Shown piece by piece: positions 35,662-46,449 of a stretch of DNA of 64,000 nt. Every line of letters starts with the position of its first letter. Position 1 is the first letter of the stretch. The stretch spans positions 640,001 through 704,000 of the forward strand of contig CAVRCF010000001.1 of the NCBI GenBank assembly GCA_963719505.1. The letters run 5' to 3'. Under the pieces are notes generated by a model. It ran no database searches. It worked only from the letters and a program-made list of their open reading frames with translations, and was not told the origin of the DNA. Both the position numbers and the translations under genes were made by a program. Source of the stretch: Halobacteriovoraceae bacterium. GTDB taxonomy: Bacteria; Bdellovibrionota; Bacteriovoracia; Bacteriovoracales; Bacteriovoracaceae.

Positions 35662-38070
35662 ATGATTAATATTTTACTTTATAACAATAGCGAAAACTGT
35701 AATTCTGCTTTGAGTCACAGTTTGGCCGGAACAAATGAAGTTCTCATCGTCACGCCAAACCCTGTTTTGGCCGATATAGCTCGCCTAAAATTTGATAAAA
35801 TTCACCCTCATCTAGAGACCGTAACAGTATCACACTATTTAAAAGGTGAACTCTCTCAGTTGCTGGAAGAGGCACAATTAGATAACTTTCAGGGAAAATC
35901 AGAGCTTAATATCCTTTTGGGATCACTTTGGAAAAAAGGTCGAAGTTCAGGCAGTTACGAACTTTTTAAAAGATGTTTCCAAATGCTTACCGACTTTAGA
36001 AGCTTTACCATGAATGAGGATATTCTAAAAACGGTTCTGGAAGAGTACGACGAAGAACTCTCTGGTGCTGTTTTCTGGTTTCACAAGTTGATGATGGAGA
36101 TGGACATCATTGATGAGCATCGCTCATACTTCCTACTGGCCGAAAAATTGCGAGAGGGCGATCTTCCACCATTATACAAAAGTAGTCGGACGATAATCTT
36201 TTGGGGTTTTGACTTCATGACGGCTTCTCAAGTTGATCTGCTTAATTCCTTGGCCATCAGATCAGAGATATATCTTCCTTTTTATAAATCAGCTTTTGAT
36301 AAGTCGAATGATCTCGACTGGATTAAATGGCTGTCTAAATCAGAGTCTCTAATTACAAGAGTTGAAGAGGATGAAGAATTAGACCATAAAATAAAAGTTT
36401 TAAATTTTTCAAAAAACTACCTTTCTAAAACGCTGAAGAACTTGGCAACAACAGCTGAATTTAAAGATAAGAAGATAAATTATGTCCTGGGAACAAAGAA
36501 CTTGGGAGATGAAGTTGTTGGGGAGATTCCTTTTTCCCAGACAAACTTTAAGGTGCCCGTCGATCTTTTTGTCGAAAAAGTGAGTCACTTAAAAGAACTT
36601 CTTCTTCAGGAAGTTTCTCGCGCTCCAATTGAGCATGAAGTGATAATAGAGCTTATTCAAAACGAATCAAAGAAGGCGCTAGAACAAAGGGACTACCGAT
36701 TATATAAAATTTGCAGTCTTTGTTTAGAGCAAATGATAAAGTGGGTCAACCTCTCTGAAAATAATGAAATGCTTGGGAGATTTGATATTAAGATTATCAT
36801 GGATTCTGTTTCATTAAATAGCCCAAGAAACTCCTTGTTTAGGGCAAGTGAAGATGCCTATGAAATCAAAACATTAAAAAATATAGATAAAAAAGAAGAC
36901 AGTGATCTGAGTGTATTGTGCGTGACTAGTGAATACGGACCAATAAAGGGGTCTGTCGTTCAATACTCTGAAAATGTTGAAAAGTTCTTGGCCAGTATTG
37001 GTCCTATTAGAAGAAGTGAACTAGAGTTCATTCAGCTTAAGTCAAAGCTAAATGAGTTTCTCTCTCGTGGCGAAAACATTGTCATCATCGAAGAAGGTCT
37101 TCTTGAGCACGACCTTGGTTGGAGTAGTGTTATTCCTGAGGAAAAAAGAGAATATATTGAAATAAAAAATAATATTAATCATACACACAGATTTATTATT
37201 ACTGATAAGGTCGAAGAGAAAAGTTTGACGTCAATTTCGGCAACTCGACTTCAAGCTTATTCAGACTGTCCTCGAAAGTATCACCTCAATTACGTCCAAA
37301 AGATTTCTCCTCGTATTGAGCTTCCAGGTACCCTGGATTTTATGCAAATGGGGTTGCTTGAGCACCAAGTAATTGAGGACTACTTAAAAGTAAATAGAGA
37401 ATACAGTGAAGATATTCACCTGAGTCTTATAGATAAAATTCTTTCATCTTTTCAATCTAGGCATTCATTTGATCAAAGCCTGTACGAGGAGTATCGACTA
37501 GAGTTGATTGCTTTTACCACCAATATTATAAAAGAGCTTATTGTTTTAAATTCTCAGCTAGGTTTGGAGTTAAGGTGCGAAGTGCCGCTTCCTTCAAACG
37601 AGGATATTAAGATCTTAGGTAGTATAGACTGTTTAGGCGTTAATTCAGACACGGTGGTCGTACTAGATTTTAAAAGAGGTGGTGGGTCTATCCCAAGCCA
37701 GGTAGGATTAAAGGCTTTTAAAAAGCTTCAGTTGTGGTTCTATTTGCAACGTCTACAAAAGGCAAATATCTTTGAGAGTCATAAGAAGCTCGTTTGGGGC
37801 TATATTAACTTATCTGCTCTTGAAGAATCTCTTGTTTACAGTAACGATGAGGTTCTCATAGAAAGCCTAAAAACTTCGGGCTTGAAAGCTTTTAGTAAGA
37901 TGAATCATTTCTCTGATGAAATGAGTGAATTATTTGAAGAATACACAGACTATGAAAATGATTTAATTATGCGACTTAGGGGCGAGAGAGAATTTCCTCC
38001 AAAGCCTATTGAGCCAAAGACCTGTGATTACTGTCACGTCTCCAATATATGTCCACGAGGAGAGCTCTAA
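35662..38070 (+). CDS. addB: AddB-like subunit with PD-(D/E)XK nuclease
   Basis: ISATRL..Y..CP, GSIDC...LDFK, QL.FY, CDYC....IC; no Walker A; coupled to helicase gene. Confidence 0.75.
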   Translation: MINILLYNNSENCNSALSHSLAGTNEVLIVTPNPVLADIARLKFDKIHPHLETVTVSHYLKGELSQLLEEAQLDNFQGKSELNILLGSLWKKGRSSGSYELFKRCFQMLTDFRSFTMNEDILKTVLEEYDEELSGAVFWFHKLMMEMDIIDEHRSYFLLAEKLREGDLPPLYKSSRTIIFWGFDFMTASQVDLLNSLAIRSEIYLPFYKSAFDKSNDLDWIKWLSKSESLITRVEEDEELDHKIKVLNFSKNYLSKTLKNLATTAEFKDKKINYVLGTKNLGDEVVGEIPFSQTNFKVPVDLFVEKVSHLKELLLQEVSRAPIEHEVIIELIQNESKKALEQRDYRLYKICSLCLEQMIKWVNLSENNEMLGRFDIKIIMDSVSLNSPRNSLFRASEDAYEIKTLKNIDKKEDSDLSVLCVTSEYGPIKGSVVQYSENVEKFLASIGPIRRSELEFIQLKSKLNEFLSRGENIVIIEEGLLEHDLGWSSVIPEEKREYIEIKNNINHTHRFIITDKVEEKSLTSISATRLQAYSDCPRKYHLNYVQKISPRIELPGTLDFMQMGLLEHQVIEDYLKVNREYSEDIHLSLIDKILSSFQSRHSFDQSLYEEYRLELIAFTTNIIKELIVLNSQLGLELRCEVPLPSNEDIKILGSIDCLGVNSDTVVVLDFKRGGGSIPSQVGLKAFKKLQLWFYLQRLQKANIFESHKKLVWGYINLSALEESLVYSNDEVLIESLKTSGLKAFSKMNHFSDEMSELFEEYTDYENDLIMRLRGEREFPPKPIEPKTCDYCHVSNICPRGEL

Positions 38071-41000
38071 TGGCAGGGGCAAATACAGAACAACTTTTAG
38101 CGATAGAGCATGCCGGTGGTGTCCTCTTAAAAGCCGGAGCTGGCTCTGGAAAAACATTTGTTCTCAAAGAGCATATGATTTATCTTTCAAAAAAATGGCT
38201 CTCAGAATATAAAGAATTGCAATCTAAGCCAGATTTATCAGAGTTTATAAAGTTAAAATTTTCTAAAACAGTTCTGATGACTTTTACAAAGAAAGCTGCT
38301 GGCGAAATTTCGATACGTCTATTTGATGAATTTGAAAAGGTTATCGAACAGATTGATGAAGTTGATCGTCCCCTTTGGGAAATAATTTGTGAACAACTAG
38401 ACTATTTAACAATTACAACGATTCATGGTTTCTGTTTTAAACTCATCAAACAAGGCTTTTTTCCTGAAGTAGATGTTGATAATGAAATGCTTTCAGACTC
38501 TGAATTTGACGATGCAGTAGAGAGTATTTTTGAGACATGGATAAATACAAACTTAAAGACAGAGGAATCCGACTTCGTTGATGTTGTTTTGAAAGAGAAA
38601 AATTTTATTTTAAGCTCTTTGAAGTCTATATTATCAGATCCGACCTTGAGAATAATGTGGGAGAAAATTGATCTTAGCAAAGTAACGCTTCAAGATTCAA
38701 ACGATATTATCTTATCAATCAGTCAGCTTTTTAAGTTAGATTCAGTCTTTGGTAACAGAAACATCATCTCATCTGCTGCAGAGTATGAAGGGAAGAAGTG
38801 GTACGATGCCTTGAAGGTATTCTGTGAACAATTTGAAAGCTTAGAGACGATTGATGAAATGCTCGCTATTAATGAATACTTTTCAAAGTTGAAATATAAA
38901 ATTCCGACCTCACCTCGGGTCAATTCTACAGATGCTGATATTTATAATGTCTATCAATCTTTTAAAGAATTGAATGCATTTATGAAAAGTAGCGGTGAAG
39001 ATTTTGAACTGTACTCAGAGTTTTTTGAAACCTATGTCATGAATTGGTTTGTAAAATTTAAATCCCTCGTTGATTTTGCAAGTGTTCAATATCGAGAGAT
39101 TCCTGGGATTACCTTTTCAGACCTTGAGTATATCGTTAGAAAAGGGCTTGATGATGAGCAGACAGTCAGTCGGATTGCACAGAGTTATAGCTACCTTATT
39201 GTCGACGAGTTTCAAGACACCAGTTATGTTCAATTTGAAATCATTCAAAAAATTATTCAACACGATTTTAGTCGACTCTTTTGTGTGGGCGATATCAAGC
39301 AAGCTATATATGGTTTTAGAGGGGGAGAGTTGGGAGTCTTTCTTGATTGTGAAAAAATGACTCAGACTGTACGCTCGTTAAAAAATAACTATAGGTCAGA
39401 TAAAAATATCGTAGAATTCAATAATAACTTCTTTGATTTTCTTTTCTCAAAAGGATTGAAGTATGAAGGTGATGACTTTAGACCTGTAGAAGTTGAGTAT
39501 CAAGAAAACCCAATTGCGGACAGGGCGCTAGGCTCTATCTATGAGATTGAAGCAGACATTGGATTTATCAAAGAATTTGGTTTAGATAAAGTTGGGAACT
39601 CAGAGACGGAGTATCTCGAAGCTCTACTTTTAAAAAAACAAATTGAAATCTTTAGATCAAATAATGAAGAGACTTGTATTCTCTATAAAAAACTGAAACC
39701 AAGTCTCCTTCTTATTGGGTTGATGATTGAACAAAAAGTTAGCTTTACGGCACAAATAAAGGTTCCTCTTGGAGAAGACCCTCTTTGCTCCATTTTTAAA
39801 CTTCTCATCGAAAATGAATATAATACTTCTGAAAATAAAGAGAGATACTTAACTTTGATTTTGAGCGCTTATTTTGCTCTTATAGATAGTTCTATTGAAG
39901 TCGATATAGGCAGCTTAATTAAAAAGTTTGAAAATGATCGCTTGTACCTTGGACTTTATCAGGCATTTTATAATTTTGTCTCCGTGGTTAATATTGCAAA
40001 TTCAAATTATAAAAATAACCTTCTACAAATTAAAAATCTTTGTGAAATAGCAAACGAGAGTTCTGAGCATTTAGTAACTCTGTTAGAAAATAGTAGCTCG
40101 ATTGCCTACTCGCTCGACTTTCAGTATGGAGATAACCCCAGAGGTATCTTAATAATGACTGCACACGCCTCAAAGGGTCTGCAGTTCTCTAACGTTCTTT
40201 TAGGCGGTGTCTATACCAACGATAAGTCCTTTCCCTTCACTGGTATCTTTGGAAAGTACCCTTTTAGTATGAAGTGGAGTAAAGAGATAACGTCTAAGAA
40301 AAAGTTTAAAACACCACAATATATACTTGAATCAGAGGAGAGGAAGCTCAAAGAGTTTTCAGAGTCTAAGAGACTTTTTTATGTTGCCTGCACAAGGGCC
40401 GTAAATACTCTTGGGTGGGTTGATTTGGAGTATGGTGATGTCAAAAAGAGGACCAATTCTAATAGTTGGAAAAATGGAATCGATAAGTGGAAAAGTACTC
40501 TTTTTAAAGACAACCAAAAGATAATCAATAGATTTGAGAGAAAAACCTACGATATCTCTAAGGAGTTTAGTTTAAAATTTTTAAACCTCTCCTCAAACAG
40601 AAAGCCTCTTTTCCATGTTGACTCTTTAGGGATGACTAAGAAATTGGGTTATGTTGAGTCAAGAATTCTTCCAGAGCTATCCGTGACAAGACTTGCTTCA
40701 GTAGTTTCATGTCCAAGAAAATTTTATTTGAAAAATATTTGTAAAATTTCGACTGAAGATTTAACTCTTTTAGGCGGAAATTTAACTCAGGTTCTCAAAG
40801 AGAGTGATGAGGAGCTTAGTAGTAAATCCTTCTCTTCGAGTAGCGAAAGAGGGACCAATCTTCATTTGCAACTAGAGCGAACAATTAAAAATGGTCTGAG
40901 TTACCCGACTGATATAGATCGTAAAGACAAAGATGCGATATCTTGGACTGTGGATAAACTCCAGTTCTTTGCGGATAACAGTACTTTTTTATCTGAGGAA

Positions 41001-41366
41001 AATATAAAGTTTGAGTTTTTTAATTTTATGATTTCTGGAATTCCCGACTTAATCATATTGAACGACCAGATCCCTCAGATTTGGGACTTTAAGACAGGAC
41101 AAATCAAAGAAGACAATAGTGAAATCTACTACTTCCAACTTATGACCTATGCCTATGCTCTTTATAGTTTAGGAAAGATTGCTAAGAACTCTGAGGTGAA
41201 AATAGTTCTGTGCTATCTCGATGAAAAGAAATTAGTAGAGAAAGTTCACAGTTTTTCAGATGTGGACAAGTATCTCCGACCATTTTGGTTAGAGACCAGT
41301 AGACCTCAAAATACAAACCTCAATCATTGTGACTCTTGCGAGTATGGAAATATTTGCCACAAATAG
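38070..41366 (+). CDS. addA: AddA-like UvrD helicase/nuclease
   Basis: AGAGSGKT, TFTKKAA, TIHGFC, VDEFQDT, VGDIKQAIYGFRG, NYRS, TAHASKGLQF, RLFYVACTRA, GIPDL...DFKTG. Confidence 0.85.
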   Translation: MAGANTEQLLAIEHAGGVLLKAGAGSGKTFVLKEHMIYLSKKWLSEYKELQSKPDLSEFIKLKFSKTVLMTFTKKAAGEISIRLFDEFEKVIEQIDEVDRPLWEIICEQLDYLTITTIHGFCFKLIKQGFFPEVDVDNEMLSDSEFDDAVESIFETWINTNLKTEESDFVDVVLKEKNFILSSLKSILSDPTLRIMWEKIDLSKVTLQDSNDIILSISQLFKLDSVFGNRNIISSAAEYEGKKWYDALKVFCEQFESLETIDEMLAINEYFSKLKYKIPTSPRVNSTDADIYNVYQSFKELNAFMKSSGEDFELYSEFFETYVMNWFVKFKSLVDFASVQYREIPGITFSDLEYIVRKGLDDEQTVSRIAQSYSYLIVDEFQDTSYVQFEIIQKIIQHDFSRLFCVGDIKQAIYGFRGGELGVFLDCEKMTQTVRSLKNNYRSDKNIVEFNNNFFDFLFSKGLKYEGDDFRPVEVEYQENPIADRALGSIYEIEADIGFIKEFGLDKVGNSETEYLEALLLKKQIEIFRSNNEETCILYKKLKPSLLLIGLMIEQKVSFTAQIKVPLGEDPLCSIFKLLIENEYNTSENKERYLTLILSAYFALIDSSIEVDIGSLIKKFENDRLYLGLYQAFYNFVSVVNIANSNYKNNLLQIKNLCEIANESSEHLVTLLENSSSIAYSLDFQYGDNPRGILIMTAHASKGLQFSNVLLGGVYTNDKSFPFTGIFGKYPFSMKWSKEITSKKKFKTPQYILESEERKLKEFSESKRLFYVACTRAVNTLGWVDLEYGDVKKRTNSNSWKNGIDKWKSTLFKDNQKIINRFERKTYDISKEFSLKFLNLSSNRKPLFHVDSLGMTKKLGYVESRILPELSVTRLASVVSCPRKFYLKNICKISTEDLTLLGGNLTQVLKESDEELSSKSFSSSSERGTNLHLQLERTIKNGLSYPTDIDRKDKDAISWTVDKLQFFADNSTFLSEENIKFEFFNFMISGIPDLIILNDQIPQIWDFKTGQIKEDNSEIYYFQLMTYAYALYSLGKIAKNSEVKIVLCYLDEKKLVEKVHSFSDVDKYLRPFWLETSRPQNTNLNHCDSCEYGNICHK

Positions 41367-41446
41367 AAGTCGATTCTTGCGCGTTTTGTGGAACATGTTA
41401 AACTATCTAAGTAAGCAAAATTATTCAAAAGTTACAGGATGTACGA

Positions 41447-42151
41447 ATGAAAAAGTTATTAGGATTATTACTTCTTCTCACAACTGCGCTGGCAGTGTCT
41501 TCAGAAAAATCAGTCTACGATTTTTCATGGCTCGACAAAGATAAAGAAATCTACGTTTTACAGAACCGAAAATTTAGAAAAGCGAAAACTCTTCACCTTG
41601 GTGGAACTTTGGGACGCTCACTTTCCGGTGCCTTTAATGATCGGGTCTCGGGTTCAGTTTACGGTGGATTCTTTTTCACTGAAAATTTAGGCTTGGAACT
41701 GTCATATACAAAAGCATCAAACACAACGAACGATACCCATGATGCTGTTAAGAAAGCTGGTGCGGTGGCATTCTATAGGCAAATCGATACAGAGCTAACA
41801 GCACATTTTGTTTGGGCCCCTTTCTATTCAAAAATTAATACTTTTAACAAAATTCTTTATTACGATTGGCTCTTTGGGTTTGGTGGATCAACGATCTCCA
41901 CAGAAGATAATAGAAATGAATTTAATGAAAATGCTTCAAACGCAAATGAATTGACAACAGAAACAAGCTTCGCTTTAACTTGGTTTACAGGTTTTAGATT
42001 TTACATCAATCAAAATTGGTCAACGAGAATTGACTTTAAAGGGACTCATAGTAATGCAGATAGAGCTGTGGCCGATGGAAGCAGTTTTAAATTGCAAAAG
42101 TCTTGGTTTAGCTACTACGACCTAAAACTTGGTCTCAATTACTCATTCTAA
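41447..42151 (+). CDS. Outer-membrane beta-barrel of gliding cluster (GltA/B/H-like)
   Basis: Signal peptide, IYVLQNRKF.K, WAPFYSK, C-terminal GLNYSF. Confidence 0.75.
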   Translation: MKKLLGLLLLLTTALAVSSEKSVYDFSWLDKDKEIYVLQNRKFRKAKTLHLGGTLGRSLSGAFNDRVSGSVYGGFFFTENLGLELSYTKASNTTNDTHDAVKKAGAVAFYRQIDTELTAHFVWAPFYSKINTFNKILYYDWLFGFGGSTISTEDNRNEFNENASNANELTTETSFALTWFTGFRFYINQNWSTRIDFKGTHSNADRAVADGSSFKLQKSWFSYYDLKLGLNYSF

Positions 42152-42167
42152 TTTAAAGGCATTTATA

Positions 42168-43577
42168 ATGTTAAAAAGTAAAAAAATGATATTGATTGTG
42201 GCACTTTTTTCAATAAGTGCCTTTGCTAATTTAGATAGAGCGGGATCCGTTCTTAAAAGTAGCCGAGGTGTAAAGAGGATGGAAGAGGTTACAATAAGAC
42301 TTGTGAACTCCAATTATCACTTCACAGCGATTCCTTGGGCGAAAGACTTCTTTATTAATAATAGAGAAAGAATTAGCTCTTCAATGGAGAGGGCAATCGA
42401 TGAGTTAATTACTGTCGTTGGAACAAGACAGTTTGAGCTTATTCCTAATAGATATCTTCAGCGATCGAATTCAAATTCTGTTCGTTATATTATTGCTAAA
42501 AAGCTCTTGAGAAAAAATAAAGCTTCTGAGGCTTTAAGTTATGTTTCAAAAATTAATCCCAATCATCCGGTGTATCCATTCTCTTTAAACCTAAAAGCTG
42601 TAGCATACAGCCTTCAAGGTAAAACAAAAGAAGCAAACAATGTGTTTAAAGACTGTGAGAACTTCAGCACAAGTAAGATTTCAAGTGCTAGAAATGCTAT
42701 GGAGAAAAGACAGCTCGAGATGAACCGCGACTATTGTATAATGGGTAATGCCAGAGCACTTTTTCAAGGTCGAAAGTATGATGAAGCAAATCTTAGATAC
42801 CTAGACATACCAAAGTCATCATTTGTTTGGCCTGAAGTTCTCTTCGAAGAGGCTTGGAACTCTTACTATCTACAAAACTACAATCGAACCTTAGGAAAGC
42901 TGGTTACCTATAAGGCTCCAATCTTTGACTATATTTTTAATCCTGAAATAGAAGTCCTTAATGCACTAACCTTTATGAAAATGTGCCTGTATGAGGACGC
43001 CAAAAGAACAAGTGATAACTTTTATACAAAATATATGAAAGACACACGTAACCTCCGTCTTTATCTTATAAAGAGGAAAAAGCAGTATAAGTACTTTTAT
43101 CGCTTAATGCTGAGCTTTGAAAAAACAAACCGTGCAACGAATGATCTCCTTGAGACCTTACTTCGAAGTATCTCTAGGGAGCCAAGCTATATGGATACAA
43201 GAGATTCTCTAACAAATGCAGTTAAGGAGTTAGGACGAATAAATGGTCAAAGAAACTCTTTAATGAAAAGAATAGCAAAGAAAAATATAAGTGATGTTAT
43301 AAGAACTCAAAGAAATCTTGTTGGAAGTTATGTAAGAGAGCGTCTTGTTGAAAAATATGCGGAACTCTATAAAGCATTCCAAGGAATGAGTTATATTAAA
43401 CTAGAAACTTTGGCCCAGAGAAAAGCTAAGCTTTATAATTTTAATGATAAAGAATCTAAAAGAGGGGATATAAAGTATATCCAAAGAAATGATAAACAAT
43501 ACTTTTGGAACTTCAATGGGGAGTTTTGGGCTGATGAACTAGGAGACTATGTCTTTGCCTTAGGCTCGGAGTGTTAG
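42168..43577 (+). CDS. GltC-like gliding motility protein
   Basis: TPR-like; LFEEAW, LGKLVT, C-terminal WNFNGEFWADELGDY...SEC. Confidence 0.75.
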   Translation: MLKSKKMILIVALFSISAFANLDRAGSVLKSSRGVKRMEEVTIRLVNSNYHFTAIPWAKDFFINNRERISSSMERAIDELITVVGTRQFELIPNRYLQRSNSNSVRYIIAKKLLRKNKASEALSYVSKINPNHPVYPFSLNLKAVAYSLQGKTKEANNVFKDCENFSTSKISSARNAMEKRQLEMNRDYCIMGNARALFQGRKYDEANLRYLDIPKSSFVWPEVLFEEAWNSYYLQNYNRTLGKLVTYKAPIFDYIFNPEIEVLNALTFMKMCLYEDAKRTSDNFYTKYMKDTRNLRLYLIKRKKQYKYFYRLMLSFEKTNRATNDLLETLLRSISREPSYMDTRDSLTNAVKELGRINGQRNSLMKRIAKKNISDVIRTQRNLVGSYVRERLVEKYAELYKAFQGMSYIKLETLAQRKAKLYNFNDKESKRGDIKYIQRNDKQYFWNFNGEFWADELGDYVFALGSEC

Positions 43578-43578
43578 A

Positions 43579-46449
43579 ATGAAGGTATTACTTTTTATAA
43601 TATTAGTCACCCTTTCAATAAGTTCATTTGGTCTGACTTTGGACAAAAGAAGAGCACAGATCATCTCAATAATTGATGAAGAGTTAGATGAGGTAAGAAG
43701 GCTTGCCCAGCAAACTGGGAATCGAAATCCTGACCACCTCCTTAGAATGGCTGAACTCAATCTAGAAAAAGCGAGACTTTGGAGAGAGAAGGAAAATCAG
43801 GACTATATAGCTCTACCGGATGATGTTCGTCGAAAAACGAATAAAAGAAAATACTTTCAAAAATCAGCAGCCTATTTTCAAAGGGCAAATGAATTATGTC
43901 TTAAGATTGCTAGATCTTTCAAAAGATATAAGTCTATTGGCGATGTTTATTACATTCTTGGTTATAATGCAAAAGAGGCGGGACAAGACAAAACCGCTCT
44001 TAAATACTTTTCAAGAGCTCAAAGCAAGACTTCAAGAAATTCTTTAACTAGAGTGAAGTCACAAATTGCTTTAGCGGAGCTGTACTATAATCAAAAAAGT
44101 TATAGGAAAGCAATTCCTCTCTATGAAAAGTCTCTTTCTAGTTATCAAGATAAATGGTGGACAAAAGATTCATTTAACCTCGCTTGGTGTTATTTTAGAA
44201 CTAATAATTACAATGCCGCTATTGATAAAATGAAAGATATCTTTGAGAAGAGCTCCAGTTCAAAGTTTGTTGATATGAGAACATCTGTTGAAAGAGATAT
44301 TGGACTATTTTTTGCTACCGCAGGAAAGATAGAGCAGGGAATCGACTTTTATAAAAAAATTGGAATCAATTTTACTGACCAACTTTTAAGAATCGCTGTG
44401 ACGATGAAAGCAAAAGGTCAATATGACTTGGCCAATAGAACTCTCAAATATGCGTTACAATACGAAAAAGACGACAAGAGAAAACAAGAGATCTACATCG
44501 AACAATTAGACCTCTATAGTAGCTTTAGTAAAAGAGAGCTCCACTTAATGGTCTCTAAGAAACTATTTGCTGACTTCAAAAAAAATCAATTATCAGAAAA
44601 CAAGATAAAAACTTTAAGTTTTCACGTTGGAAAACAAGGTGCAATTTTGCAAAAACAGGTCATTGGTAAAACCTATAGAAGGCTTTATAAGCAAAGAGTT
44701 GCAAAAGCTAATATGGCCGTCGACTATTTTGGAATGTTGGCTGAGTTAAACCCTGAAAAAGGTCCAGAGAATATCTTTCTACAAGCCGAGACCGCGTTTG
44801 CAATGCGGGCTTATCAAAAGGCTCTTATTTATTATGATCGAGCATTCGATCTTGCTGTAAAACAAAATGATAACACCTTTAAGCAAAGAGCAATGGAGGG
44901 GATTCTCTCATCTCTAGGAAAAAAGAGATTATCTCAAAAAGTTAAAGATACTTATTATATCCCTGTATATAACAAGTATCTTGATAATTATCCAAAGGGA
45001 AAAAGGTCTAAGAGTATCTACCAAAAGCTCTTTAAGGTCTACTTAGATAAAGGCGATTACAATAACGCCAAGGCTACACTGGATCGTTTTAAAAACGTTT
45101 ATAAAAGTGATTGGAAGATTCAGGAAGCTATGATTGCTGAACTGATGGAAATTAATAGAAAGAAAAGAGAAAATGATAAAATTCGCCTCTGGATTGCGGA
45201 TATTGACGCAAAAAAATACTTTGTCTCAAAAAAATACGCTAACAAGTTGAGAGAACTTCTCACGAGTATTCAGATCGACGATGTTCAAATGGATCTTAAG
45301 AAAGGGAATAAAAGTAAAGCTCTTGTTGGGTATCACAAAATCTTGAAAGACCCCAATAGTACACCGCGCTCGAAGATAAATGCTAAATACAACTTGGCGG
45401 CTCTCTATTATGAGATGGGGTCAATAAATAATTCATATAAATGGAGTAATGAATCTTTAAGTGAGATGGATGAAAAAGAGGCGATAAAGTTTTCAGACTC
45501 TTTTTTAACAATATCAACTTTTCTTTTCACTCAACTTGAATTCGAAAAATCAGCAGAACTTGCTCAAAAAGTAGCGGTGAAGCTTTGCAAAGAGAGAACA
45601 AGAAAAAAATATGTAGCTTTTAAAAATGCTGCCTTTATGTACCTGGCCGAAGGGCAAACAAATAGAGTAGAGAACCTCCTTAATGCAACGGCCAGCTGTA
45701 AGATTCGTTCAGCAATTATCTCCAGTGTAAGATTTGAACTTTTAAAAGACTATGAGAAAGCGAAAAACTGGAGACAGTATGAATATCATTACGGAAGGCT
45801 CGCTCGCTATAGGTCGAATTGGCCATCTTTAATCATTCCTTCATCTAAACTTGCTTCCATGCATGCAAACCTTGGTAATCAAAACTCAGCAAGAAAATAT
45901 GAACGAAATAAAGATCGTTTTTATGCTGACTCTATTAAAAATAAAAAAGAAATTCCAGTAAAAGCTCTGGACGAGATTGCAGGGGAAAAGATAAAACTCT
46001 TAGAGGACATTAAAACTCAGCTTTTGGCCGTGCCTTTAAGTTTTCCAGCTCCAACTTTCCAAAATGGGGTAAAACAAAAGTTTGCAATACTCGATAAACT
46101 TGTTGCCCAATCGGCAAAGGTTCAAGATATTGGTTCTGGAAATGGAATTGTCAAAGCTTATAAAGTTTTAATAGAGAGTCATTATGCTTTTGCAAAACAA
46201 GTTCAGGAGTTTGAACCAACGGGGATGAAGCCAGATTTCGTCCCTCTATTTAAAAAAGATATGAACGCCCAGATTGTAGGCCCTTTACTCACACAAGCAA
46301 AAAACTATGAGAAAGATGCTAAAAAAACTATCTCTCAAAATGAAATTCTTAGTGTGCATAATTCGGCTATCGAGGCTCAAGGTGAAGAACTTCCCGTAAG
46401 GTTTTGGTACTCACCACAAGCCGTCCTAATGGATAGGGGGGGAAGATAA
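43579..46449 (+). CDS. GltD/AgmU-like large TPR protein
   Basis: Signal peptide, LLRMAEL..EKAR, multiple TPRs; position in cluster. Confidence 0.7.
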   Translation: MKVLLFIILVTLSISSFGLTLDKRRAQIISIIDEELDEVRRLAQQTGNRNPDHLLRMAELNLEKARLWREKENQDYIALPDDVRRKTNKRKYFQKSAAYFQRANELCLKIARSFKRYKSIGDVYYILGYNAKEAGQDKTALKYFSRAQSKTSRNSLTRVKSQIALAELYYNQKSYRKAIPLYEKSLSSYQDKWWTKDSFNLAWCYFRTNNYNAAIDKMKDIFEKSSSSKFVDMRTSVERDIGLFFATAGKIEQGIDFYKKIGINFTDQLLRIAVTMKAKGQYDLANRTLKYALQYEKDDKRKQEIYIEQLDLYSSFSKRELHLMVSKKLFADFKKNQLSENKIKTLSFHVGKQGAILQKQVIGKTYRRLYKQRVAKANMAVDYFGMLAELNPEKGPENIFLQAETAFAMRAYQKALIYYDRAFDLAVKQNDNTFKQRAMEGILSSLGKKRLSQKVKDTYYIPVYNKYLDNYPKGKRSKSIYQKLFKVYLDKGDYNNAKATLDRFKNVYKSDWKIQEAMIAELMEINRKKRENDKIRLWIADIDAKKYFVSKKYANKLRELLTSIQIDDVQMDLKKGNKSKALVGYHKILKDPNSTPRSKINAKYNLAALYYEMGSINNSYKWSNESLSEMDEKEAIKFSDSFLTISTFLFTQLEFEKSAELAQKVAVKLCKERTRKKYVAFKNAAFMYLAEGQTNRVENLLNATASCKIRSAIISSVRFELLKDYEKAKNWRQYEYHYGRLARYRSNWPSLIIPSSKLASMHANLGNQNSARKYERNKDRFYADSIKNKKEIPVKALDEIAGEKIKLLEDIKTQLLAVPLSFPAPTFQNGVKQKFAILDKLVAQSAKVQDIGSGNGIVKAYKVLIESHYAFAKQVQEFEPTGMKPDFVPLFKKDMNAQIVGPLLTQAKNYEKDAKKTISQNEILSVHNSAIEAQGEELPVRFWYSPQAVLMDRGGR

